Below, one piece after another: positions 1-15,278 of a stretch of DNA of 64,000 nucleotides. Made by a program: the position numbers and the translations under genes. Within the stretch, counting starts at the first letter, position 1; every line of letters begins with the position of its first letter. Below the pieces are notes generated by a model, which saw nothing but the letters and a program-made list of their open reading frames with translations, searched no databases and was not told the origin of the DNA. Location: the NCBI RefSeq assembly GCF_009914755.1, contig NC_060932.1, one strand, 5' to 3'. This DNA comes from the human T2T-CHM13v2.0 reference genome, Homo sapiens.

Positions 1-330
1 AGCACTTTTGAGGGTTGCTCACCTTTCGAACCCAGCCACCACACAATGAAAAACCCAGGCCATAGGGAGAGATCCACATGGAGAAGAACTAAAGCCCTGG
101 CTTTTAACCCTTGCTGAGATCCCAGCCAACAAGTAATGGCAACTCAGCCAGACATGTGAGTATGCCATCTTATAGTCAGATCCTCCTCCCCTCAGTCAAA
201 CCACCTAAGCTGATGTTGTATGGAGCAGAGAGGAGCCATCCCCTATGAGCCCTGTTCAAATTGCAGATTCATAAGAAAAACATGAATTCACTGTTTGGAA
301 GTGGTTTGTTACATAACCATAGAAAACTGT
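1..330 (+). mobile_element. MLT1-family (MaLR) LTR 3' part
   Basis: GAGCCCTGTTCAAATTGCAGATTCATAAG...GGTTTGTTACATAACCATAGAAAACTG resembles an MLT1 3' end. Confidence 0.65.
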
Positions 331-1151
331 TATCTATCTATCCATCTGTCTATCCACCCATCATGCATGCATGCATGCGTCCATCCATCCAATCTCATGA
401 GTTGAGAGGTGCTAATCATAGCACCTTAATAAATGGTATTATGTTGTTGACAAAACATTTCTATAGCTTATTCTCACATGCCTTCTTACTTAGTAAAGAG
501 AGACAAGTAGGGGATCTTTGGACAGCAATGGGCCCTTCCAGGGGACCCTTTAGTCACAATGCATTAGTGGTCACCTATACAGAAATACCTGTGAATCTGA
601 CATGAAGAACATCTACAGTTCTTAAGCCAGTAAAAATAACACAGCGAAAACAAATTGGAATTCTAAGATTGTATAGCAATAACTTAAAAGAGCATAATTA
701 TTGATCCTTTCATAACACTTTTGAAATAAATATCAAGTTTAGATGCATTCAGCATGGTAAGAATATTATTTTTAAAGAATCAATACATATAGTATTCAGC
801 TATAAAGCTTTATAGGAAATTTTTTTCAATAGAAAATTGCCCCTGGACAAATTAGTAGAAGACATTTAGATGATAGTTTTTATTTCTATTCAGAATTTCT
901 GTATTACAACCTCTCAAAAATTATACCAAGAAACTTTCACCAGGCCATTGACATACTAAATAAAATTATGTTGGCAATTGGAATGTTTTAAACATGAGTT
1001 GGTATCTTAGAATTTATCAGGATATTTCTAGTCCACATCCTTACCCTTTGTGGTACCATGGTTTGAATTTTACATATCTTTAGAAATTAATACTTTTTTC
1101 ATTAACAGAGTTTTACATAGTTAATATTTAAAAATCATAATAGTAAGGTAA

Positions 1152-1542
<391 letters not shown>

Positions 1543-1547
1543 TGATA

Positions 1548-1684
1548 TTGGATAGATGGATGGATGGATGGATGGATGGATGGATGGATGGATGGATGAT
1601 AGGTGGAAGAGTGAATAAATTGATAGATGACAGATAAGTAGATAGGTAGGTAGGTAGGTAGATAGATGACACATAGATAGATAA
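1548..1684. repeat. Compound (TGGA)n/(TAGA)n/(TAGG)n microsatellite
   Basis: About ten TGGA units followed by degenerate TAGA and TAGG units. Confidence 0.92.
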
Positions 1685-3548
1685 AAAGACAGGCAGACAT
1701 ATATAATCCTCTCTGACAGCAGAATTAATCCAACTAAGATTTTAAATCATTCTGGTTTTCTAAGTAAAATTTATCACTGAAAATGTGATAAGAAACCCCA
1801 ATCTCTACCTGGAAAGAACTGACTGCCTTTTTCTCTGTCCTCTTACTGCCTGCTCCAGCTCAGTGTCCTCACTTATCCCCAGGCCTACCAGCCGCAGATC
1901 AAGCTACAGAGACTGGCCCCTGACTATATAGGAACTTTTACAAACATAATTCATGGCCTTGTTATCGTTGTCTCTCTGAATCTTGTCCTGCCCTGCCTCC
2001 ATAGTTCTGTTGGGGTTTCTTGCCCTTTGTGTGTGATCATTTTCCTTGTTCCTGAAAATCACATCATTCCTACCTGTTGTTTTGTGCTGGCCTTTCCATT
2101 GTTTATAATCTTATGGTTGTGTGATTCTCCTGCTTTTATAACTGGTCCTGGGAAAGTCTTCCACAGCCACCTGAACACACACTTTGGACTCCTTGTCAGA
2201 AGCCCAAAAACAACCTTGTCCCTCCTAGATATGATGGCTCCATAACCATCTTCTTCTGCTTTCCCCATTCATTGCTACCCACAGAGGCTTCAACCCCATA
2301 GTGACCTGGTGCAAGACCTGTAACATAGTTTCTTGCAACCAGAAGAATGTATAATAATCTTTCAGAAATCTTTCTGAAATAGTTAACACTGACTAATTTT
2401 TGAATTGGCTTAATTGATATGTTTAAGTCATTTTAGAACAGTGCCTCAACAATCTGTGGTGAAGGATCAGTTTCTTTTTTTATTTCCAATCTCTGCTGTG
2501 CATGACTAGTTTGCAGGTCTTACCATATGTTCATATGAGATTCACCATATTGAGTTCAACACCCGAACTTGTCTAGACCTTTGCTCAACAAGACAAGTCC
2601 ACTGATTATATGCTTGGATGTCTTAGCAACATTTAATGCTATAAGGTTTCTAAACACTTAATTTCAGCTTTGAACTTTGTGAGTCACTAATCAATCATTC
2701 ACAGACTGGCACCAGTTGTAGACCATGCTGTGGATAGCATTGAACTAGAAAATTACTTGGCCTAAATGCCTGCTTCCTGAGATTATCAGTTAATGAAGAT
2801 ATTAAGTATAGAAAATTTAGAGTCTCTTTGTTGGAATTTTATTTGTATATGTTTTGCATTCCAATGAGTCATTCTAAGAGTAAAAAAATAAAAGTTTGAC
2901 ATCAGTGGACATATACTCCAATCCTAGCTCCATCACTTACTAGATACCTGTCTTTGGACAGGTTATTTAACTTTCTATGTCTCAGTTTCCCTCATTTGGA
3001 ATATGTGGATGACATATTACAGAGATTGTATGAGAATTGACCTGATGATGTCATAAAGCATTCAGCACAGTGCCTGCAATGTAGCCATGAATGATAAATT
3101 GTGGTTCCCATTATTTTTACATAGTTAAAGCTACCTTGCTATTAAAATTGTCTTCCAATTCATATCATTTCATTTTCTTCAAGTAAGACTTTCTTAAAAC
3201 TGTCTTTCCCTCTCTGGTTGAAAACAAGAAATAGTTATTTAACAACTCTAACCAATGTCTTTAAACTGCAACAAAGTGGTTATCTTATTAATAAGTATTA
3301 ACCCAGCAACTATATATTGTAATTTCTTTCAACATATACTGGAATATCTTTCCATTATTAAATGGCCTGAAAGAATCTATGAAATCCAAATATATCTAAT
3401 TTAAATCTAAAACAAATAATTGTATTGAGAATATCAGGGCTGTTCTGTGTCAACCACAGCCTAATGAAAACTGCTAGGAAGTATCAGAGGCCCACACTCC
3501 TCATTCTAAGTCTCTTGCAAAGACCTGCAGACATAGCTGGAACTGGCC

Positions 3549-3911
3549 TGATATGGTTTGGCTGTGTCCTCACCCAAATCTCATCTTGAATTATAGCTCC
3601 CATAATCCCCACATGTCATGAGAGGGCCCCAGTGGGAGGTAATTGAATCATGGGGATGGGTTTTCTCATGATATTCTCTTGACAGTGAATAAGTCTTATG
3701 AGATCTGATGGTTTAATAAGGGGTAGCTTCCCCTGTACATGCTTTCTTGCCTGCCGCCATGTAAGATGTGCCTTTGCTCCTCCTTTGCCTTCTGTCATGA
3801 TTGTGAGGCCTCCCCAGCAATGTGGAACTGTGAGTCCATTAAACCTCTTTTTCTTTATAAATTACCCAGTCTCAGGTATTTATTCATAGCATATGAAAAT
3901 GAACTAATACA
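3549..3911 (+). mobile_element. Solo THE1 (THE1B-like) LTR
   Basis: TGATATGGTTTGGCTGTGTCC...GAACTAATACA with TSD TGGCC/TGGCT. Confidence 0.92.
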
Positions 3912-4224
3912 TGGCTCTACTAACCAAACACACATTTTACTGCTAAGTGCCTTTCTGCTTTGGGACAAAGAGGGTTTGTCCCAAATTCTTTTTTGATTTG
4001 TATCCTTTCATTTGGCTGTAAGAAATCAGGTAGACTGAAAAATAATGATAGTCCAGGTTGGTATGGATGGTTAGGCCAAGACACTGAAAACTGAAATCAC
4101 ATGCTTTAAGTCAAAGTGCTTCAAATTAGTTTATCTGTTTGTTTTAACTGACTTGTTTAGCTTGCCCAAAACACATTGAAAAGGACTGTATACACATGTT
4201 GTTGTTTTTTGGGAGAGGTAATTG

Positions 4225-4655
4225 CCTCTTAGAGACAAAGGTTCTAAGTGTCCTGCATGTTCTTGCTGCTTATGCCAAGAATGCAAGATCCTGACAGCTC
4301 TTTAGCTGGACCATTTCTCAGGGTTGTGTCTGTAACAATCTTGAGGCAATGTCTCCCCTGAAGGTAAAAAGAAGGCTTGCTTATCACCCACTATAAAAGC
4401 AGTGGCTCCCTCAAGCTCAGTGTCCCTCAGTGTAACAATCCATTGTGTGCAGAGCATCCACCTGGACCCATCTGTATCACCCCCAATGGAGTTAGAGGAG
4501 AGGGAGGAGCAATGCAATATCATGCTCATGCTTGCTGTACTGTGAGGAATAAAGTCTTTTGTTTCTGATCCCAAATTGTCATGCCTTCTGCTACCATCTA
4601 TGAAATGGTAACAGGCTAACTTGTAAGAAGTATAAAATCTCAGACCTTTCACAGT
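4225..4655 (+). mobile_element. Old ERVL LTR (LTR40/LTR41-like)
   Basis: AATAAAGTCTTTTGTTTCTGATCC...AAAATCTCAGACCTTTCACAG resembles an LTR41-type 3' end. Confidence 0.55.
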
Positions 4656-4986
4656 TTTTTTTCTAATATAGTAGTAAACTAAAATATTGGCCAGAAATAA
4701 AGCAATGAATGGGATAAGGGAGGTAGAGTATGTTGAAACATGAAAACTAGTTGTATGTATCACTTAACTCTCTCTAAAAATAAATGTGCTCTTGATATGT
4801 TGAAAGGAATTTTCTGGATCCAAGCCTCTGGATTAGCAAGTGGTGGCAGGGTTCACTCCAACTACCTTAGCTTCTCTAACTTCCTACTATTGTCAAGACA
4901 TATGAAAGGAAGGATCTGTGTCGCCAAAACAGTTTGTCAATACTATTGTGTCAAAGCTTCCAAGGCATAGCAAATTTCTTAAAAAC

Positions 4987-4993
<7 letters not shown>

Positions 4994-5027
<34 letters not shown>
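4994..5027. repeat. (CA)n microsatellite
   Basis: Uninterrupted CA run of about 17 units. Confidence 0.95.
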
Positions 5028-5028
<1 letters not shown>

Positions 5029-5373
5029 GCCATGCCTAAGTTTTCTTCCTTGCATCAGACAGTGCAAGAGGATTTGCTTGGGTAAGCTGTTGACGTAAAA
5101 GTCCAATAACAATAACAAACTGGTATAATGTAATCATAATTTGATATTTCACAAAACAAAAGCCAGCATTGGTTATTTAAGTTTTCAGTTATTAAGATTA
5201 AAGACGTTGTAATAATATAACTACTAAGCAACAAAGACTATTCAAAATTCCGTCAGGATTTTTGACCAATGTGAGACAAATTTTCCACAAGAGGCTTATG
5301 AATTTGTTTCAAAGTAAGAACAGTGACAAAAGTGGGATTGCAGCTATGTCCTACTTTTAAAGAGCATACATAC

Positions 5374-5682
5374 AGGCTGGGCATGGGGGCTCATGCCTGT
5401 AATCCCAGAATTTTGGGAGGCCGAGGCGGGCAGATCACCTGAGGTCGGGAGTTCGAGACCAACCTGACCAACATGGTGAAATCCCATCTCTACTAAAAAT
5501 ACAAAATTGGCCAGGTGTGGTGGCACATGCCTGTAATCTCGGCTGTTAGGGAGACTGAGGCAGGAGAATCACTTGAACCCCCAGGAGGCAGAGGTTGCGA
5601 TGAGCTGAGATCGTGCCATTGCACTCCAACCTGGATACCTGGACAACAAGAGCTAAACTCCGTCTCAAAAGAAACAAAAAAG
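5374..5682 (+). mobile_element. Alu (AluS-like)
   Basis: GGCTGGGCATGG... full dimer with A-rich tail. Confidence 0.93.
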
Positions 5683-5774
5683 CGTACATACAACCATTTA
5701 GATTTACAAAACAAATAGAGGATGATTATTTGAATCACAAAAGCTCCTTGATTTAGAAAAGCATTACTTTCAGT

Positions 5775-5990
5775 CAGTGGTTCCCAAGTTGGGGCGGTCT
5801 CTCCCCCAAGGAACATTTGGCAATATCTAGAGATATTTACGGTTGTCACAGCCAAGGGGGAGTGACACTGGCACCTAGTGGATAGAGGCCAGGGATGCTG
5901 TTAAACACCCTGCAATGCACAGGTCAGCACCCATAACAAAGAATTATCTGGCCTAAAATGTCAAGAGTTCTAAGGTTGAGAAATCCTAGT
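5775..5990. mobile_element. MER20 DNA-transposon fossil
   Basis: CAGTGGTTCCCAAG...GAGGCCAGGGATGCTGTTAAACACCCTGCAATGCACAGG...AAGGTTGAGAAATCCT. Confidence 0.85.
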
Positions 5991-6021
5991 TTAAATAGAA
6001 ATTTTCAAAAACATGTGTTTA

Positions 6022-6676
<655 letters not shown>

Positions 6677-6734
6677 CTACTTTTTATATTCCATCTTTCT
6701 TTTAAATGTTACTTACTGTGGATAATTGTACTCT

Positions 6735-6892
6735 GGGCCCACACTGCCCCATAAACAAATAGGTTTGGTCCTAGCCTTTATATTGGCTCTTAGTAAGATT
6801 ATACACGCAAGCATCCCCGCCCCGGTGAAGTCGCCCTCTAGATCACTATGATCAAAAGGAGCAAGTATCAAGCACGCAATAATGCAGCTCAA
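6735..6892 (+). pseudogene. NUMT: 3' end of mt-tRNA-Phe plus 5' part of mitochondrial 12S rRNA
   Basis: CCCCATAAACAAATAGGTTTGGTCCTAGCCTTT...CTCTTAGTAAGATTA...GCAAGCATCCCCG...GATCAAAAGGA...TCAAGCACGCA...AATGCAGCTCAA follows the mtDNA tRNA-Phe/12S junction with scattered substitutions. Confidence 0.93.
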
Positions 6893-7367
6893 CTCTTGAT
6901 GAAAATTATTGACAGTTCCCTGACTTTTCTGGTCTTCACTCTTAGGTCCTATGGCCACTTTAATGGACAAACACAGGCCAAATTAGCATATTCAGTCCAG
7001 AAGTTTAATCAAAACTCTGAATTTGATTTAATTCCAAATATCTCTTGCCCTAGCTTGAGTTCAGAATGGCAGCCTGGTGTGGTGGTGGGGGTGGGGTCAT
7101 GGGGTGAGGGTGGGAGGCTGTTGGTTGGCATCATTGTCTCTTGGTTCTCTGTTTCTCTGTTCTCGCTTCTTTTAGGTCCTAAGTTTTACCCCTAAAGGGC
7201 TGGCACACTGGAAGAGAAGAAAGGAAAAAGTAGCAAAGGTCTTGCTTGAACTCCTACCATTAACAGCTGCTTTCTCACATTCTGGGACTGGCAGAAGTTT
7301 AAAAAATGGATCTCTCTCTCCTGGTGCTTTCTTGGGCTCTTCAGAGGTTCCTACTGAACCCTTTATT

Positions 7368-8030
7368 GTATAATAATTATTTGTATGGTCTTTGTCCTCG
7401 GTTCCTGGCACAGGGCTTCTAAAAATCCTGGAATTTTCTGAGTGATAGAGATGCCTTTGTTATGATAATGGGGTGACTTGTGGTAGTCCCTAGGTAGCTT
7501 TAAGATGGGGGCCAGTCACCAGAAAGACCAGCCATGTGAATGGAGGGTTGGGACTTTGGGCCATCTGGTCCTCCAGGGAGAGGAAAGGGGCTAGAGATTG
7601 AGTTCAAAGATGTGGCCATTGATTTAATTATTCATGCCTAGGGGATAAAACACCAACGAAAACTAGACAGAGAAACTCTGTGGAGCTTCCTGCCTGTTGA
7701 ACACATTCATGTGTTAGGAGGGTAACCTGCCTTGACTCAATGGGGACAGGTCATAGAAGCTCTGCATTCTCCCCTAGACCTCACTCTATACATTTCCTTT
7801 ATAATAAAACTGTAACCATGAGTATAGCACTTTCCTGAGTTCTGTGAGTCATTACAGAAAATTGTCAGTTGAGTGGGTCATGAGAACCTTCAAATATATA
7901 GTCCTTTGGGTAGGAAGTACAGGTAGCCTGGGGACCAGTCTTGTTGGAGAGCATGCCCTTAAATCTGTGGTCTCTGACACTAACTCCAGGTGGTTAGCAT
8001 TAGACTTGTATTATAATACACACCAGTTGA
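7368..8030 (+). mobile_element. MER21-family LTR
   Basis: GGTTCCTGGCACAGGGCTTCTAAAAATCCTGGAATTTTCTGAGTGATAG and AATAAAACTGTAA...AGCACTTTCCTGAGTTCTGTGAG resemble the MER21 consensus. Confidence 0.75.
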
Positions 8031-9640
8031 GTTTTTACCAAAATATCCTCCAACAATACTTCTCTGCTCCCTTGATAAATTGCAGGTGTTTCTCTACCAA
8101 AGCTTGTTCCTAACCACAGCTTCCTCAGCTTCTAAGAATTCACCTTCAGCTTCTTGCTGCTGAAGTGCTTTCACTACTCAAGGCAGCCCTAGTGGTCAGG
8201 ACTCAAGACCACTCCACAGTGATTCAGTTGAGTGCTGTCTATGTCTGGTCCATAGGGAGCGCTCACACCTCCTTTGCACAACAAAATCAACAAAACAGTG
8301 ACTTTTAGCCACCCCCACCAAAGCAAGAGCTCTTTTCTTGCCCTCCGTACTTCCCGAAAAGGAGTAACTCTCCATCTACTACTCCTTCAACTATTTGGTC
8401 ACAAGTTAAGGTTCCTGTAAGAGAAACTTCACCAGGTGTCTGAGGAAGCTTCATTAGACCTGATGTGAAGGAAATAGAAACTACCTCCCATACCTTTTCC
8501 AATAAAGAGGTACAGGCTCATGATATAACAGTTCTGTACAAAGAAATTTTTTCACAAAATCTCCTCTTTTCCATTATCTGGGACTTTTGTGTAATCTTAA
8601 AGTAGGTGAGGGAAATTAGAATAGGTTCTTAGCTATTTCCTCTGAAAACCTGAAAACTTAATGGCTATTCGGTCCCTCACTTTAACATTTCATATTTATT
8701 ATTTTTTGGCAGCACTTCACTTGGAATTTTAACATATGTTTTATATTTAATTAAAGATTACAAACAAAGCTGAAAACCTAGGAGAAGATAGGATTTTAAA
8801 TAAAAAATTATAGAATGTCTTAATAATTGAAAGCCAAATGTCAATTAAGACAAAACAACCCTGAGTTAATCAGTCAGGAGTAAAAACATTAAACTAACAA
8901 AAAGTGGCTTATAAGTAACTTTTTCTGGGAACCAATATGTTGTTAGATCTGTTTAAAACATTTAACAATGTACATTCTACTTGGTTATTTCAAAGTGATC
9001 CCTGCTTTAACAATTTCCTATAAAGGTTAGGGAAGGCAAAATAGAAAATGGATCTTGAAGTTCACAGCAAAATTGAAAGTTTTCCCAAAAACTACACAGC
9101 TCACAACTGTAGTTAACACGTAAGTCACATCACTAATATTGTCCTGTTCTGTGGATATTCATAACATTGTCTTCTATCCCCTATTAGAAAGGTTTATAAG
9201 AGTAAGTGCTAGTTTCTCTGTCACTTACTAGCTTAGTCAAGATATTTAATCTCTCTGAGCTTTAACATTCTCATATGTAATATGGCAAAAACAAAAACCC
9301 TACTCAATGAAACAATTCAGGTTAAAAATGGTGGGTGAACGCATTTTTACCTCCTCTCTGCAATGCCTCCGAAATGAAAGTAAATAAGTGATTTAATAAA
9401 AAGACAGAGCCCTTGCTAACATAGAGAATAGATGGGGAAATAGCAGTAGATAACAGATGTCTACAGAATTATGGAAAGTAGATGAATCAGGGGTCATTAA
9501 CTTAGCACATCACGGAAGCGTGAAACTGAAGTCAGGGATGAGGGAATTCTTCTTCAGAACTCTAGAAAACCTAAGAAATTAGACAAACCAGTTACCTCTA
9601 AAAGCAGAAATAAAGTGTGAGGTTCAAAGAGATACAGATA

Positions 9641-10624
<984 letters not shown>

Positions 10625-11019
10625 CCAACTCACCTCTCAGTGTTCCATTCTCAAATATGGACAAGGGTTGTGAGGTACTTGAGGAAAATATTTAATATTA
10701 AAGAAGAAACCAAGACAAGCAAATAACCAAAGAAGTCAGAGGGGAACACTGAAGTAATCAGGCTAGAGACAAACTATATAACACATACTTTGAGAAAGAT
10801 AAAAAAAGATCTGACATCTGTGAAACAAGAACATTAAGCCACTTTTAAAAAGGAATATTCAGAGGAAAAGAAAGAGCTCTTGGATATTTAAAAAAATAGC
10901 TATAAGGATTTCAAAAGAAATGTTTAAATTGAGACTATTTCACAGAAAGTAAAAAGATAAAAAGACAATTTTTCTTTTCTTTCCTTTTATTTATTTATTT
11001 ATTTATTTTTGAGACAGGG

Positions 11020-13304
11020 TCATATGATTTGGCTGTGTTCCCATCCAAATTTCATCTTGAATTGTAGTTCCCATAATCCCCATGTGTAGTGGGAGGGACC
11101 TGGTGGAAGGTAATTGAATCATGGGGGCAGTTTCTCCCATGCAATTCTCATGATAGTGAGTTCTCACGAGATCTGATGGTTTTATAAGGGGCTTCCTCCT
11201 TTGCTTGGCTCTCATTTTTCTCTCTCCTGTGGCCCATGTTAAGAAGGACATGTTTGCTTCCCCGTCTGCCATGATTGTAAGTTCCCTGAGGCCTCCCTAG
11301 TCATGATAAACTGGGTCAATTAAACCTTTTTCCTTTATAAATTACCCAGTCTTGGGTATACCTTTATTAACAGCATGAGAGAGAACTAATACAGTAAAGT
11401 GGTACTGGGAGTAGTGTGGAGCTGCTGTAAAGATACCCAAAAATGTGGAAGTGACTTTGGAACTGGGTAACAGACAAAGGTTGGAATAGTTTGGAGGACC
11501 CAGAAGAAGCCAGGAAAATGTGGGAAAGTTTGGAACTTCCTAGAGGCTTGTTTGATGGCTTTCACCAAAATGCTGATAGTGATATGGACAATGAAGTCCA
11601 GGCTATAGGTGGTCTCAGATGGAGATGAGAGACTTGTTGGAAACTGGAGTAAAGGTGACTCTTGCTATGCAAAGAGACTGGCAGCATTTTGTCCCTGCCC
11701 TAGAGATCTGTGGAACTTTAAACTTGAGAGAGATGATTTAGGATATCTGGTGGAAGAAATTTCTAAGCAGCAAAGCATTCAAGAGGAAGCAGAGTATAAA
11801 AGTTTAGCAAATGTGCAGCCTGTTGATGCCACAGAAAGAAAAACCCATTTTCTGGGGAGAAATTCAAGCCAGCTGCAGAAATTTGCATAAGTAACAAGGA
11901 GCCAAATGCTGATGAGACAATGGGGAAAATGTCTCCAGGACATGTCAGAGACCTCAACGCAGCCCCTCCCATCACAGGCCCAGAGGCCTGGGAGGGAAAA
12001 ATGGTTTCCTGGGCCAGGTTCAGGGCTCCCCTGCTCTGTGCAGCCTGCGGACTTTGTGCCCTGCATCCCAGTCACTCCAGCTCCAGCCGTGGCTAAAAGA
12101 GGCCAAAGTACAGCTCAGACCATTGCTTCAGAGGGTGCAAGCCCCAAACCTTGGCAGCTTCCACATGGTGTTGGTCCTGTTTGTGGGCAGAAGACAAGAA
12201 TTGAGGTCTGGGAACCTTTGCCTAGATTTCAGAGGATGTATGGAAATGTCTGTATGTCCAGGCAGGAGTCTGCTGCACAGGCAGAGCCCTCATGGAGAAC
12301 CTCTGCTAGGGAAGTACAGAAGGGAAATGTGGGGTTGGAGCTCCCAGAGTCTCCACTGGGGCACTTCCTAGTAGAGCTGTGAGAAGAGGGCCACCATCCT
12401 CTAGACCCCAGAATGATAGATCTACCAGTCGCTTGCACTGTGCACCTGGAAAAGTTGCAGACACTCAATGCCAAACTGTGAAAGCAGCCGGGAGTGGGGC
12501 TGTACCCTGCAAAGCTATAGGGGTGGAGCTGCCCCAGGCTATGGGAGCCCACCTCTCGCATCAGCATGACTTGGATGTGAGACATGGAGTCAAAGGAGAT
12601 CATTTTGGAACATTAAGATTTGAGGACTGCCCTATTGAATTTGGACTTCCATGGGGCCTATAACCCCTTTGTTTTGGCCAATTTCTCCCATTTACAATAG
12701 GTATGTTTACTCAATGCCTGTACCCCCATTGTATCTAGGAAGTAACTAACTTGCTTTTGATTTTACAGGCTCCTAGGCAGAGGGACTTGCCTTGTCTCAG
12801 GTAAGACTTTGGACTTGGACTTTGGACATTAATGCTGGAATGAGCTAAGACTTTGAGGGACTGTTGGAAAGGCACGATTGTGTTTTGAAATGTGAGGACA
12901 TGAGATTTGGGAGGGGCCAGGGGTGGAATGACATGGTTTGGCTATGTCCCCACGCAAATCTCATCTTGAATTGTAGCTCCCATAATCCCCATATGTGGTG
13001 GACCCTTCAATTACCAGTGTGAGGTAATTGAATCATGGGGGCAGTTTCCCCAATACTGATCTTGGGATCATAAGTTCTCATGAGATCTGATGGTTTTTAT
13101 AAGGCGTTCCACCTTTGCTTGCCTCTCATTCTTCTCTCTTCTGCTGCCATATTAAGAAGGAAGTGTTTGCTTCCCCTTCCACCATGAATGTAAGTTCCCT
13201 GAGGTCTCCCCAGCGTGCAGAACTGAGTCAATTAAACCTCCTTCCTTTATAAATTACCCAGTCTCGGGTATTTCTTCATAGCAGCATGAAAATAGACTAA
13301 TACA
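11020..13304 (+). mobile_element. Full THE1 (MaLR, THE1C/D-like) element: LTR 11020-11393, internal 11394-12928, LTR 12929-13304
   Basis: Two similar LTRs ending CTAATACA, a polypurine tract before the 3' LTR, MaLR-internal ORF remnants and a 5-bp TSD CAGGG. Inserted in an antisense Alu. Confidence 0.93.
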
Positions 13305-13417
13305 CAGGGTCTCACTCTATCACTCAGGCTGGAGTGCAGTGGTGTGTTCATGGCTCACTGTAGCCTCAAACTCCTGGGCTCAGGTGATCCTTCCACCTCA
13401 GTCTCTCAAGTAGCTAG

Positions 13418-13732
<315 letters not shown>

Positions 13733-14829
13733 TAGAATAAATAATATAATTTTCCAGATTAAAAATAACCACCAAGGGTCCAGTACAATAAATAAAAATA
13801 AAACTACATGAGAGAACAGTATCATGACATTTCAGATGACTAGAGATAAAGGGAAAATTATGAAACCTCCCAGACAGGAAAAAATAGCTTCCAAACAAAG
13901 GATTAAAAACTATAAATGTATCAGATCTCTCTATAGTATTCCTGGAAGCTAAAAGACAATGAACAATATCTTCCAGCTACTTCCACTTGTGCATCCTGTA
14001 CTCAAACTATCATTTCAATGGGAGGGGAGAATTATTGCATTTTTAGGCAAGAATAGCTACCTCCCATATGGAGAGTCAGACCCTGGAGAAAAAGGCACTG
14101 TTGGTTGCCTTTTTCTGCCTCAATTCTCCTGCAGGCCAAAGCCTGATATCCACCCCCACATCTCTCACCCCCCAGTATCCACAGCCATATGCTTCAGGAG
14201 ACTCTGAACTCCCCCAGCTCCAGCTCCAGAGGTAAATCATGATTGGTCTTTTTCTTTTCTTTCTCTTTGTTTTTTAAAGACAGGTCTCACTATGTTGACC
14301 AAGCCAGTCTGGAACTCCTGGCTTCAAGCAATCCTCCCACCTTGGCCTCCCAAAGTGCTAGGACTACAGATGGGGGCCACCACACATGGCCTGTGATTAC
14401 TCTCTAAGTCAGCTTTGGGGATCTCATTCTCTTGAGGTAGAGTTGGCTAAGGCATAAGCATGTGACCCTCTTGTGGTCAATGAGAGGTAGGGGAAGTTGG
14501 CTGGGGGTCTCCTGTGAGAATTTCTTTTCAAATTAAAGGTATGTGGCTTAGGTCAGGTTTAACACCAAGATGGGAATTTATGTGCAAATAATTTATCATG
14601 GAAGTGGTCCCAGGTGTGACAAGAGAGGAAGTGGAGGAAGCAGGACAGGGAAGGGGAGGAGACCAAGCAAAGGTGACTCTCACTGATTCCACAGAACTCT
14701 GGAAGTGTACATTTCACCACAGAGCTGTCCCATGAAGGCAAGGGAGCTAGACTTCATACTCCTGCCCCACCGGTCATTGGTCAGGGGCCTCCCAGGGAGA
14801 AGACAATGCCCAAGCACATCTTCTGTGCT

Positions 14830-15080
14830 CTTGCTGGTGATTTGCCAGCGTCTCTCGGGCCTTTGGCCACAAAGGTTGTATTTTTGGCTTCCTATTTTGA
14901 GGTTTTGGGACTCAGACAAGTTTCCTTGCTCCTCAGCTTGCAGACAGCCTATTGTGGGACTTCATCTTGCGATTGTGTGAGTCAATACTCCTTAATAAAC
15001 CCCCCTTCATATATACTTCATATATATATAACTGATCTATCCTATTAGTTCTGTCCCTCTAGAGAAAGCTAACTAATACA
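14830..15080 (+). mobile_element. MLT2A-like LTR 3' fragment
   Basis: GCAGACAGCCTATTGTGGGACTT...GAGTCAATACTCCTTAATAAAC...CCTATTAGTTCTGTCCCTCTAGAGAA...CTAATACA. Confidence 0.8.
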
Positions 15081-15082
15081 GC

Positions 15083-15278
15083 GCTCCTATGAGAATCTAA
15101 TGCCACACTGATCTGACAGGGGGAGCTCAGGCGGTAATGCAAGTGATGGGGAGTGGCTGTAAATACAGATGAAGCTTTGCTCACTCACCTGCCGTCCACC
15201 TCCTGCTGTGCGGGCCCCATTCCTAATAGGCCACAGACCAGTACTAGTCCACGGCCTGGGGGTTGGGGATGCCTGCTC
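15083..15278. mobile_element. MER1B-like hAT-Charlie fragment
   Basis: GCTCCTATGAGAATCTAATGCC...CCATTCCTAATAGGCCACAGACCAGTACTAGTCCACGGCCTGGGGGTTGGGGA. Confidence 0.8.

Noticed and set aside
6758-6892. Functional rRNA gene or mitochondrial contamination
   Set aside because: A short diverged fragment embedded in nuclear repeats, i.e. a NUMT.
11609-12663. Cluster of 70-158-aa ORFs
   Set aside because: All lie in the THE1 internal region, are fragmented and occur on both strands.
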